Shown piece after piece: positions 1 through 8,082 of a stretch of DNA of 32,000 bases (its first letter is position 1; each line of letters begins with the position of its first letter). The notes below the pieces were generated by a model that worked only from the letters and a program-made list of their open reading frames with translations, searched no databases and was not told the origin of the DNA. A program made the translations under genes and the position numbers. The stretch is from NCBI RefSeq assembly GCF_000020225.1, contig NC_010655.1:1350001-1382000 (forward strand), written 5' to 3'. This DNA is from Akkermansia muciniphila ATCC BAA-835 (GTDB lineage Bacteria > Verrucomicrobiota > Verrucomicrobiia > Verrucomicrobiales > Akkermansiaceae).

Positions 1-964
1 TGCCGTGGTGATGCTTCAGAAGGAGTTTATCGACCGCATTCTGGCGACGCCGGATGATGATGCCTTCGGGCTGTTGTCCCTGCGCATCCAGAAAAACTGG
101 ATTCCCCGTGCCCTCAAAACCATTCCGCCGGAAGCGTTTCATCCCCGTCCGCGTATTGATTCCACCGTGATGCTGCTCACTCCCCGTCCTGCCCGCGAGT
201 TGCCTCCATATGACGACCGCCTGATGGATGAACTGATGCGCAAGGCTTTTTCCCAGCGGCGCAAACAATTGAAAAAACAGCTCCCCGCTTCTCCTCCGTG
301 GGAGGGCGTGGCTGCTTCCCTGGGGCTTTCCCCTTCCGCCAGGGCTGAGGAATTGAATTTGTCCCAGTGGGTGGAATTGGCGCGCGTTTATGATACCAAT
401 CCTCTCAAGGATGTGGCGCAGAGCGGAGATGAATTGTTTGACATCGTGGACGAACTCAATCAGGTGACGGGGCAGGGCACGCGCCGGGAAATACATGAAG
501 GCAGCCTTCGTCATCGCGCCGTACATATGTTCCTGGTCAATAAGCATGGAGCTGTGCTTCTCCAGAAAAGGTCCCTGTGGAAAGACAGGCAGCCGGGCAA
601 ATGGGATTCCTCCGCAGCCGGGCATCTGGATGCCGGGGAAAGTTATGAGGAAGCTGCGGTGCGGGAGCTGAAGGAAGAACTGGGGGTGTCCGGCTGCGGG
701 CTGCAGAAAATCGCGGATTTTGACGCCGGAGAAAATAACGGCTGGGAATTCATCTCCCTCTATGAAGGGCGGTATTCCGGGAAAGTTCGTTTTCCGGCGG
801 CGGAGGTGGACAGCGTGCAGTGGTTTACGCCGGAGCAAATCCAGGCGTGGGTGGAACGCCGTCCGCAGGATTTCTCGCCTGCGTTCATTCCCTGCTGGAA
901 TGCATGGCTGGCCGCGAATAGAAAAAATCATTCTAACTCAAATACATATCATGATAAACCCTGA
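1..964 (+). CDS. rsmA: 16S rRNA dimethyladenosine transferase RsmA/KsgA (C-terminal part, 5'-truncated by window edge) fused in frame to a Nudix hydrolase domain
   Basis: The frame is open from nt 2 to TGA 962-964. The N-part (...QKEFIDRILA...GLLSLRIQ...IPPEAFHPRPRIDSTVMLLTPRP...RRKQLKK...) matches the C-terminal half of KsgA/RsmA. From about nt 430 the same frame continues without a stop into a Nudix fold: HRAVHMFLVN..LLQKRS..K..PGKWDSSAAGHLDAGESYEEAAVRELKEELGV, i.e. the Nudix box GX5EX7REUXEEXGU. Confidence 0.8.
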   Translation, partial: AVVMLQKEFIDRILATPDDDAFGLLSLRIQKNWIPRALKTIPPEAFHPRPRIDSTVMLLTPRPARELPPYDDRLMDELMRKAFSQRRKQLKKQLPASPPWEGVAASLGLSPSARAEELNLSQWVELARVYDTNPLKDVAQSGDELFDIVDELNQVTGQGTRREIHEGSLRHRAVHMFLVNKHGAVLLQKRSLWKDRQPGKWDSSAAGHLDAGESYEEAAVRELKEELGVSGCGLQKIADFDAGENNGWEFISLYEGRYSGKVRFPAAEVDSVQWFTPEQIQAWVERRPQDFSPAFIPCWNAWLAANRKNHSNSNTYHDKP

Positions 965-1412
965 TCAATTATCTCCGGAACAGATCCAGTCCATCCGAAC
1001 CTGGGCGGAAGAAGGACTGGATTTAAACGCCATCCAGAAAAGGCTGCATGAGGACTTGAACATCAAGCTGACGTTCATGGATACAAGATTCCTTCTTCAG
1101 GATCTGGATATCCGCATCAGCCAGCCGGAGCCGGAACCCGAAGCCGAGCAGCCCGGAGAGCTTCCCGGAACAATGCCTCCCCCTGCCTCCCTGCTGGGAA
1201 AAACCCAGGTAACTGTGGATGAAATAACGCCTCCCCACGCCCTGATGGCCGGCAAGGTTTTATTCAAGAGCGGCGCCCAGGGCGCATGGGATATTGACCG
1301 TACCGGCCGTATCAACTGGGACGCTACGCTTGGAGAACCTACGGCAGACGACCTGAGGGAATTTGAAACGGAACTGCAATCCGTCATTCGCAGCCGCATG
1401 GGAGCCATGTGA
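951..1412 (+). CDS. hypothetical protein (153 aa, acidic Pro/Glu linker)
   Basis: Runs from ATG 951, which overlaps the upstream stop by 14 nt, to TGA 1410-1412. Begins MINPDQLSPEQIQSIRTWAEEGLDLNAIQKRL... and contains a QPEPEPEAEQPGE linker. No family recognised. The ORF-track start at 720 lies inside the upstream gene and is rejected. Confidence 0.6.
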   Translation: MINPDQLSPEQIQSIRTWAEEGLDLNAIQKRLHEDLNIKLTFMDTRFLLQDLDIRISQPEPEPEAEQPGELPGTMPPPASLLGKTQVTVDEITPPHALMAGKVLFKSGAQGAWDIDRTGRINWDATLGEPTADDLREFETELQSVIRSRMGAM

Positions 1413-1603
1413 GGGAAACGGAAAATATTCCGCTTGAAATGGACTGGAAGCAGGAACTTGCCGGGTGGCGGTTATTTCCAATAAAAGCCCTGGCTGGAAT
1501 GGGAAATGCCGCGTCCGCATGCCATTCGGGAGAGAATGTCTGCCCGGAAAAAATGCGCGTTCATTTGGTTCCATAGTAAAATAAAAGCAACAAAAGGACT
1601 ATC

Positions 1604-1867
1604 ATGGAAATACCGGAGGAAATGATTGAAACGCTGGTGCCTGCCGTTCGGGAGCAGCTGGAGTCGCCGGACACCGCTTATGTCAAAAACTGTCTGGAAC
1701 GCCTGACGGGGCGGGAAAAACTGGGAGAACAGGAAGCTCTGGAACTGATGGCGCAGGCTCTGGCCATTACTATTAATGCGATGGTGGTGGGGGGCCGCTC
1801 TTTTGATTCGGGAAAGTACAAGGCGCTGTTGAAAGATCTCCCGGCTCTTCCGGATGAGGCTCCGTGA
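1604..1867 (+). CDS. small hypothetical protein (87 aa)
   Basis: ATG 1604 to TGA 1865-1867 on the same strand as its neighbours. Helical-looking sequence; no family recognised. Confidence 0.5.
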   Translation: MEIPEEMIETLVPAVREQLESPDTAYVKNCLERLTGREKLGEQEALELMAQALAITINAMVVGGRSFDSGKYKALLKDLPALPDEAP

Positions 1868-1923
1868 TAAATCTCGACAATCTCCGGAATTGATTCATAA
1901 TCCTTTCTTTCACTTGAAATTTT

Positions 1924-2745
1924 ATGGCAAAAAAACCATTAGAAACAGGTGCTCCGGAAGCGTCCGCAGCTAAAAAAACGGCTGCTCGCAAGACGACGGC
2001 CAAAAAGACGGCCTCTACTACCAAAAAGGCCGCCGCAGCTGAAAAAAAAGCTGCTGCTGACGCCGCTTCCGTAGAAGCACCCAAAACCAAAATCAAAACG
2101 GTCAAGTCCGCCCCGAAAACCGCGGTGAAGACAAAAACCGCGAAAACAGCCAAAAAGGCGGCTGATGAAAAGGCCCCTGTCTCTGAAACGGTTGTTGCCC
2201 CTTCCGAGGCCCCGGCTCCTTCCGCTCCCGTGGAAAAGGAGATGATGCCCGAAGCTCCCCAGAAGCCCCAGGCTGCCGCTCCGGTCAAGGTCAAGCGGGA
2301 ATCGTTCCGCCCCAATCGCAATGCGGAACAGCAGGAGCGCCATGAACAGCATGGCGGAGATGTCTTTGCCCAGCCGGAAACGGTGGGCGGCGCCTCCGAA
2401 GGGCCCTTTAACAAGCGCAAGCGCCGCCGCCGCAATAAGAAAGGCGGCGGTTCCGAAGACCGCCAGCCCATGCAGGATGCCGCTTCTCTCAAGCAGTTGG
2501 ATTGTAAGAAGGTGGCTTCCCGTGCCTGGAAAATGTTCCTGGCGGAGGTGTCTGAAGAAGGCCTTGCCCTGATGGACGACCAGACGGCGCGTGAGGCGGC
2601 CCGCCGCGCTTTCCGCTGTGCGGAATTCTTCATGATGGAGGAAGCGCGCCGCAAGCATGCCCAAAAAGCAGCTCTCCAGCAGCAGGAGAAAACTTCTTCT
2701 CCGGAAGAGGAACGGGATTCCGAAGAGGATTCCGGCGAAGAATAA
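1924..2745 (+). CDS. Lys/Ala-rich basic protein (histone H1/Hc-like low-complexity N-half, RKRRRRNKK motif, acidic tail)
   Basis: ATG 1924 to TAA 2743-2745. The N-terminal ~110 aa are AKKTAARKTTAKKTASTTKKAAAAEKKAAAD...KTKIKTVKSAPKTAVKTKTAKTAKKAADEK. The C-terminus is EEERDSEEDSGEE. A strong terminator follows. Confidence 0.7.
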   Translation: MAKKPLETGAPEASAAKKTAARKTTAKKTASTTKKAAAAEKKAAADAASVEAPKTKIKTVKSAPKTAVKTKTAKTAKKAADEKAPVSETVVAPSEAPAPSAPVEKEMMPEAPQKPQAAAPVKVKRESFRPNRNAEQQERHEQHGGDVFAQPETVGGASEGPFNKRKRRRRNKKGGGSEDRQPMQDAASLKQLDCKKVASRAWKMFLAEVSEEGLALMDDQTAREAARRAFRCAEFFMMEEARRKHAQKAALQQQEKTSSPEEERDSEEDSGEE

Positions 2746-2768
2746 TTCCTGTCTGTGTTGATGTTTTT

Positions 2769-2800
2769 GCCCTGCGGCGGATGCCGCAGGGCGTTTTTGT
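2769..2800 (+). terminator. rho-independent terminator
   Basis: Perfect 10-bp stem: gccctgcggc (2769-2778) pairs with gccgcagggc (2783-2792) across the loop ggat, followed by gtttttgt. Confidence 0.75.
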
Positions 2801-3000
2801 ATCTTCCGGGCTTATTTTCCGCAGTTTGAATGGCCGTGTTTTATCCGGTGCATTGGGAAGCAGCATGCGCCGCCCTTTGCCACCTGGGGGCAAAAAGCAG
2901 CCTTTTCTCCAACCAGGGCATTTTTTGAGAATGGGAGAGCGTTGGAGACGCCTGGATGAAAGCGGACTTTATTTCGTGCCGTTCCCCGTTCTTGTTCCTC

Positions 3001-4338
3001 CTAAACCTTTTTGCCTCTCCATTTCCCGCTCTTGAGGTACCACCATGCCAGGAAGATCAGGGTAACGCCGTAAACGTGTTCGGAAAACCAGCAGAGAGCC
3101 ACATCCGGCTTGAGCCTGATGATGCCGTAATAAATGACGGCCGTGTAAACGGCCAGGGAAATCATTTCCATGATGAATCCCGCCTTGGTATTGCCTGTGC
3201 CGGATACGGCATTGAACAGGATGAATGACGGAGCCATGATCAGTGTGGAAGAAGCCATCACATACACGGAATTGACGCTGGCGGCAATCAGGGACGGACT
3301 ATCCGTGAAGGCACGGAGGACGGACTCCGGAAACAGGCACAGTATGATGAGCAGGGGGATCAGGATGGCGTATGTCAGTTTGAGAGTCATGCCGCAGGTT
3401 TTGAACAGGCAGCGCTGTTCTCCCGCTCCAATCTGGTTGCTGATGAGAGCTCCTGCCGTGGTGGCAAAAGCGCTGATCACCATGATCAGCAGGGCGGAAA
3501 TATTGCGGACGATGTTGGTAACGGCCAGCGGGCGTTCCCCCAAATGTTCAATCGCCAGGAAAAAAATAAACCAGATGGAGACGGAAATAAAAGATTGCAC
3601 CATGGTCCATCCGGAAATGGACAGCATTCCCTTCAGCAGATGGGGGCGGAGTGTGAATGCCCGGCGGAAGCCGTACTTCCGTTTATCCGCCGTCATGCTT
3701 GTGTAGATGATGAAAAAGAGAAGGGAGACTGCTTCCGATACGCTGGAGGCAATGGCCGCCCCTGCTATGCCTGCGGCGGGAAAGCCGCCTTTCCCGAAAA
3801 TGAGGCAGTAATTTAACGCGACATTGCTCAGGAGCATGACAATGGAATTGACCGTCAGAATTTTCGTCTGGGTAATCCCCACGTAATAGGCTCGGAACAT
3901 GACGCAGAGGAAAGAGAAAAAAATACCGTAGGTGCGCCAGTGCAGGTAATCCGCCGTGGCCCCGTACACCTGTGGAGATTCAATGATGTCCCGCAGGATG
4001 ATGGGGGAAAAATATTGGGATGCGGCGAAAAGGGCTACCGCCAGGACCAGCATGAAATAACAGCCCTGAACCATGGTGGGGGCAATCCTGTTGTAACGGC
4101 GTTCCCCGTTGCGGCGCGCAATGATGATTTGTGCGCCAAAGCCGAAGCCGAATGCCAGCATGAACATGGCCATGTAATACACGCCGCCCAGAGCGCATGC
4201 TCCCAGCGCCACGTCCCCCACGCGCCCCAGGAAGACGGCATCCGTCAGGCCGATCATATGCTCAATGATCAGGCTGATCATGAGGGGGTATGACATGAGC
4301 CATATCTTTTGATAGGAAGTAAAAGAAGGATTATTCAT
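3001..4338 (-). CDS. MATE family efflux transporter
   Basis: 445-aa polytopic membrane ORF. The N-terminus (SYQKIWLMSYPLMISLIIEHMIGLTDAVFLGRVGDVALGACALGG) and overall hydrophobic periodicity are typical of MATE/NorM-type exporters. Confidence 0.85.
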   Translation of the reverse strand: MNNPSFTSYQKIWLMSYPLMISLIIEHMIGLTDAVFLGRVGDVALGACALGGVYYMAMFMLAFGFGFGAQIIIARRNGERRYNRIAPTMVQGCYFMLVLAVALFAASQYFSPIILRDIIESPQVYGATADYLHWRTYGIFFSFLCVMFRAYYVGITQTKILTVNSIVMLLSNVALNYCLIFGKGGFPAAGIAGAAIASSVSEAVSLLFFIIYTSMTADKRKYGFRRAFTLRPHLLKGMLSISGWTMVQSFISVSIWFIFFLAIEHLGERPLAVTNIVRNISALLIMVISAFATTAGALISNQIGAGEQRCLFKTCGMTLKLTYAILIPLLIILCLFPESVLRAFTDSPSLIAASVNSVYVMASSTLIMAPSFILFNAVSGTGNTKAGFIMEMISLAVYTAVIYYGIIRLKPDVALCWFSEHVYGVTLIFLAWWYLKSGKWRGKKV

Positions 4339-4475
4339 AGCGGGGGCAGCCTGCGGGCATGGTCCGCCAAGGGCAGGCGCTAAAGGCCAAATATTTTTGA
4401 ATTAAAATGTTTTCTTGCAAGAAAGAAATGCGTTTGCTTCCGCACATGTCATGAAAATGGGGGTAATGCCCCGGG

Positions 4476-6275
4476 TCAGCTGAGCGGCAGTCTGGTTTCC
4501 GGATACCGCAGGGGGGATTTGGTTGGTTGTTTCATGAAGGCCAGCACGAAAGCCACCATGCCCACACGGCCCACAATCATGTTGAACACGATGATCCATT
4601 TGCCGGCATCACTGAGTTCCGGAGTGACGTTCCATGAAAAGCCTACCGTGGCGAAAGAGCTGACTACCTCGAAAAACAGGCGTTCCAGACTCAACCGCGG
4701 TTCTGCAAAACACATGACCGTAGTCATCATGCCTACCCAGGCTCCGGCCAGGATGACGGTGATGACGGCCCGTTCCACCACATTGCGGGCAATCCGGCGC
4801 TTGTGCATGACCACGTCTTTCTTGCCCTGTAAAATGCGCGCCACCTCCCCGCAGGAAACGGCAAATGCGGTGGTATGGACCCCTCCCGTGGTGGAACCGG
4901 GATTGCCTCCGATGAACATGAGAGCTCCCAGAAACAGGGCGTATGGAGCGCTGTTGAGCGCCATGTTCGAAATGTTGAATCCTGCTGTGCGGGCCGTTGC
5001 ATTGAACAGGCTCTCCCACAAAATCCAGTACCACGGATCGGCAGACGTAAACAGGCTGCCGTCAATTATTTTAATCAGGAACAGGATCAGCCCGCCGCCA
5101 AGCACCAGAGCGGCGGTCATGCGTACGACCAGCCAGCTGTATGTGGACCAGTGGCGGCTGACGGTGTTCCGGGCATCCCAGCCCAGTGCGACTCTGGCCC
5201 GGCGGACGATTTCCAGATACATGGCGAATCCCAGGCTGCCGCAAAGCACCATGACCATGATGGTAATCTGGCCGCCCATATTGTAGGCTACGCCCGGTGT
5301 GGCCAGGTTATCCGCAAACAGGCTGAATCCCGCATTGCAGAAACCGGAAACGGAATGGAAGACGGCGTACCACCAGAGCGTGTCTCCCTCCAGCCCCGGA
5401 ACATGTCTCCAGGAAAAATAGAGGCCTATGGCGCCCAGCGCTTCCACTCCGAACGTGACGGCAATAATATTCTTGATGAACCGGTCTACCTGGGCAATGC
5501 CTTCTTCATCCAGCAGGTTGCTGATGGTTACCTTGGAACGCAGGCTCAACCCCTGGCCAACCATCAGGGAGACGAAATAAGTGAACGTCATGATGCCGAA
5601 AGCTCCCACTTGGAAAAGCACCAGCAAAATGGTCTGTCCGTAATTGGTGAAGTGTTCATGAACATTCAGGGGGACCAGCCCCGTGACGCAGACGGCGCTG
5701 GTGCTGATGAAATAGGCGTCCGTGGCGGAAAGGACGATGCCGTCCTTGGTAGCTCCCGGCGACATGAGAAGAGTTCCTCCCAGCGCAATGAAGGCAATCA
5801 GGGTAAGCAGGAAAAGAAGGGCGGGACGAATGCGCGGGAGGTGGAAGCCCCTGTTCCGGCGGGCGATGCGGAAAAAATATTCCTTGAGGTTCAGCAGAGG
5901 GGCGGCTCCGTAGCAGAGGCAGAGCGCGCGGAAAATGTTCTGAAGCTCTATTTTGGAGATAAAGGTGGAATGGAAAAAGTCGCCTGCCAGCATGACCAGA
6001 ATCACCAGCCCCAGCCCCAGTTCTACCCACCGGGGGTTGCGGATGGCCCTGGCAAGCCATTTTTCCCGCAAAATGCCGATGACGCCCGTGAGCTGGCCCA
6101 GCACCAGGAAGGAGAGAATTTCGCGGAAATAGCGCAGGGAAAGCTGGTCTTCATGAATTTCCCCGAAGCCGTTCCACCACAGCAGCCACATCAATGCGGC
6201 CAGTGTGCACAGGCCGAACCCCATTTCCATGACCTCAAAACGGTTCAATAGCGGTTTTTCATTCGTCTCATTCAC
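4476..6275 (-). CDS. TrkH/KtrB-family cation (K+) transporter
   Basis: 599-aa membrane ORF with four pore-loop glycine motifs: TSAVCVTGL, SGFCNAGFSLF, ARTAGFN/GGNPGSTTGGVHTTAFAV and SSFATVGFSW. The start at 6275 is GTG; an internal ATG at 6230 is an alternative. Confidence 0.85.
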   Translation of the reverse strand: MNETNEKPLLNRFEVMEMGFGLCTLAALMWLLWWNGFGEIHEDQLSLRYFREILSFLVLGQLTGVIGILREKWLARAIRNPRWVELGLGLVILVMLAGDFFHSTFISKIELQNIFRALCLCYGAAPLLNLKEYFFRIARRNRGFHLPRIRPALLFLLTLIAFIALGGTLLMSPGATKDGIVLSATDAYFISTSAVCVTGLVPLNVHEHFTNYGQTILLVLFQVGAFGIMTFTYFVSLMVGQGLSLRSKVTISNLLDEEGIAQVDRFIKNIIAVTFGVEALGAIGLYFSWRHVPGLEGDTLWWYAVFHSVSGFCNAGFSLFADNLATPGVAYNMGGQITIMVMVLCGSLGFAMYLEIVRRARVALGWDARNTVSRHWSTYSWLVVRMTAALVLGGGLILFLIKIIDGSLFTSADPWYWILWESLFNATARTAGFNISNMALNSAPYALFLGALMFIGGNPGSTTGGVHTTAFAVSCGEVARILQGKKDVVMHKRRIARNVVERAVITVILAGAWVGMMTTVMCFAEPRLSLERLFFEVVSSFATVGFSWNVTPELSDAGKWIIVFNMIVGRVGMVAFVLAFMKQPTKSPLRYPETRLPLS

Positions 6276-6475
6276 AAGCCTGCAATGGTGATGCCTCTGA
6301 TGCTGGGGGGAGACTACTGCATACGGAAAGATTTGAGAAGCCCTTATATCGTTTCCAGGCGGCCCCGGCTGGAGGCAGGAAGGCGCCTTTGGGAAAAATT
6401 TTTTTCATGTGAAGGAAAATAGTTGCCAATCCGCCGCCGCCGTGCATAATAAGCCCCGTTCTTACCAAACCATGT

Positions 6476-6562
6476 GCGCTCGTGGCGGAATTGGTAGACG
6501 CGCTAGATTCAGGTTCTAGTGGGGGTTCCCCCGTGAAGGTTCGAGTCCTTTCGGGCGCACCA
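6476..6562 (+). tRNA. tRNA-Leu: tRNA-Leu (anticodon CAG), class II with long variable arm, CCA encoded
   Basis: Acceptor stem GCGCTCG pairs with CGGGCGC (one G-U pair). Anticodon stem CTAGA/TCTAG carries the loop TTCAGGT, giving anticodon CAG. The variable arm is TGGGGGTTCCCCCGTG and the T-loop is GGTTCGAGTCC. The gene ends ACCA. Confidence 0.9.
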
Positions 6563-6565
6563 AAC

Positions 6566-6608
6566 AAGGCCCTGCAAGTTAACTGCTTGCAGGGCCTTAC
6601 TGGTTTTA
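6566..6608. terminator. bidirectional-looking terminator hairpin between the tRNA and the convergent lysis cassette
   Basis: Perfect 13-bp stem: aaggccctgcaag (6566-6578) pairs with cttgcagggcctt (6586-6598) across the loop ttaactg. There is a T-rich run downstream on the + strand, and ttgtttgg lies on the - strand side. Confidence 0.65.
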
Positions 6609-6671
6609 TGATGTATTCGTGCATTGGCTTTGACGCAACGCCGGAAGATTGGTGAAGGGGCTGGATAAGGA

Positions 6672-7010
6672 TTATTGCTCCGTTGTTAAGGAACGCCTGT
6701 GGTTTTCAGGGGAGGGGGCGTTGCCTTTTTGGGAGTGGATGCCTGCGAATTGTTCATGCGCCAGCTTCATGAACATACAGGAGGAACATTTCCTTTCAGC
6801 GGTAATGCGTTGTCTGCGCTCCTGGTCGTAAAGTTTCTCGTAGCGTTCGGCGCGTTTCATTTCCCTCCAGAGGAAGATGCCCATCACGGCTGCCACGGAG
6901 GCGCCGTTTTGAACGTATTCAAGCAGGGGATTGAGTTCTGAAGTCGCCATGCAAACAACCGCAAGGGTGTTGGCTAAAACGACACTTGTAGTAACGGCAG
7001 TCTGGGTCAT
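6672..7010 (-). CDS. small membrane protein, holin-like or spanin-like; third gene of the lysis cassette
   Basis: ATG at 7010, 13 nt after the endolysin stop, to TAA 6672-6674. It has two hydrophobic segments (AVTTSVVLANTLAVVCMA and ASVAAVMGIFLW) followed by a highly charged helix, REMKRAERYEKLYDQERRQRITAERK. An alternative start lies at 6950. Confidence 0.5.
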   Translation of the reverse strand: MTQTAVTTSVVLANTLAVVCMATSELNPLLEYVQNGASVAAVMGIFLWREMKRAERYEKLYDQERRQRITAERKCSSCMFMKLAHEQFAGIHSQKGNAPSPENHRRSLTTEQ

Positions 7011-7023
7011 GGGGCTGGAAAGG

Positions 7024-7611
7024 TCATGTTTCGAAACTTCTGCGCGCTTCGGAAATGCTTCCGAATTGATGGAGCTGCAAATGCGGCGGATCTGTAAAGG
7101 ATTTCCATGTTCCTCCCCACTCCAGGCCGTCAATTTTTGCGTAAAGTTTGCCAAGAGTGGTGTAAAGAGGGTGATTGGGCAGGTAGTTGCGGTCCTGGAA
7201 AATTCCAAAATCCCAGGCCAGGCCGAAGTTGTGCCAGCTCTGGCCGCCGCGGGCATTCGTTACTTTAGGGCGTTGCCTGTAGAGGTCATTCTGTTCGGCA
7301 TACGTGCGCGTTCCGCAGATAATTTTTGCTTCATATCCCTGGTTGGCGGCTTCATTCCGGGCCAGTTTGAACCACTGCCGGGCGGCTTTTTGCGCTTCCG
7401 GAAGAAGGGTGGAGATGTTCCGTTCGGTGCGTTCGTCAAAGCATCCGGTCTCCATTTTGTACCGGTCGGCGTCCGTGCTCCAGCGTTCCGTTCCGTTCCG
7501 CGTGCCGTTGCCGGGAATGCCGTCAATGGCTCCGTGATAGTACCCGGCCAGGCGCAAGAGCCTTTGCCAGTAGAAGGTATCTTTCTGCAGGTCGGAAATG
7601 CTGTCAGCCAT
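7024..7611 (-). CDS. phage-type endolysin: peptidoglycan-binding domain plus peptidase M15 (L-Ala-D-Glu / D-Ala-D-Ala metallopeptidase) domain
   Basis: 195 aa from ATG 7611. The N-terminus (WQRLLRLAGYYHGAIDGIPGNGTRNG) is PG_binding_1-like. The C-terminus carries the M15 Zn-peptidase motifs GGQSWHNFGLAWD (H-x6-D) and WGGTWKSFTDPPHLQL. The 7746 start in the ORF track is upstream read-through. Confidence 0.85.
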   Translation of the reverse strand: MADSISDLQKDTFYWQRLLRLAGYYHGAIDGIPGNGTRNGTERWSTDADRYKMETGCFDERTERNISTLLPEAQKAARQWFKLARNEAANQGYEAKIICGTRTYAEQNDLYRQRPKVTNARGGQSWHNFGLAWDFGIFQDRNYLPNHPLYTTLGKLYAKIDGLEWGGTWKSFTDPPHLQLHQFGSISEARRSFET

Positions 7612-7801
7612 TGTCGTGGTTTTCCTGTTCCTTTTTCCGGTCTTTGGTGACAATGCCGATGAGGCCTGCCGCCGCCATGCCTGCGGCGATAATCTGGTCG
7701 GCAAGAGCTTGTTCGATAGTGGCTCCGCAGGCTGTGGCCAGGGCAAGGAGGCCCAGCCATGTGGAACGTTCCGTCAGTCGATTGAGAATGTATTTGAACA
7801 T
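7604..7801 (-). CDS. holin-like small membrane protein (65 aa)
   Basis: ATG 7801. Sequence MFKYILNRLTERSTWLGLLALATACGATIEQALADQIIAAGMAAAGLIGIVTKDRKKEQENHDNG has two hydrophobic segments and a charged C-tail. Its stop (7604-7606) overlaps the endolysin start (7611) by 8 nt. Confidence 0.55.
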   Translation of the reverse strand: MFKYILNRLTERSTWLGLLALATACGATIEQALADQIIAAGMAAAGLIGIVTKDRKKEQENHDNG

Positions 7802-8082
7802 GTGATGGTCGGTTGGTATTGAAAAGTCCCTCTGTGGGAGAAGGGGGAAACCCGCCTTTCCGGGAATGCCAAAGGATGGGGAAAAGGTTTTTCCGAATCC
7901 TCTCCGCCAATGAGGAAAGGGTGCTATCGGTTCTCCGCACAAGTTGCTCTGAGGTTGCTGCCGCGATTTGCAAAGATTCCGCGGATACTTTTATTGCTTG
8001 CCCTAATCGGCAAAATCCGTCACAGGAAACGATACTTGTCTTTTATTCATGAAGATACCATAATGCGCCAACCAACGCCATT

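Noticed and set aside
1773-2664. Minus-strand ORFs 1773..2654 and 1939..2664.
   Set aside because: They are shadows of the Lys/Ala-rich gene; the GCN/AAR repeats stay open on the complement. The plus-strand gene has a proper ATG and a terminator.
4519-6251. Plus-strand ORFs 4519..5286 and 4875..6251 inside the TrkH-family gene.
   Set aside because: They lie opposite a clearly recognisable transporter, and their own translations have no membrane or domain character.
6931-7973. ORFs 6931..7650 (+) and 7260..7973 (-), plus the long N-terminal extensions of 7024..7746 and 7604..7942.
   Set aside because: They overlap the compact holin/endolysin arrangement. The extensions add Pro/Arg-rich junk upstream of good internal ATGs that yield overlapping, phage-like gene junctions.
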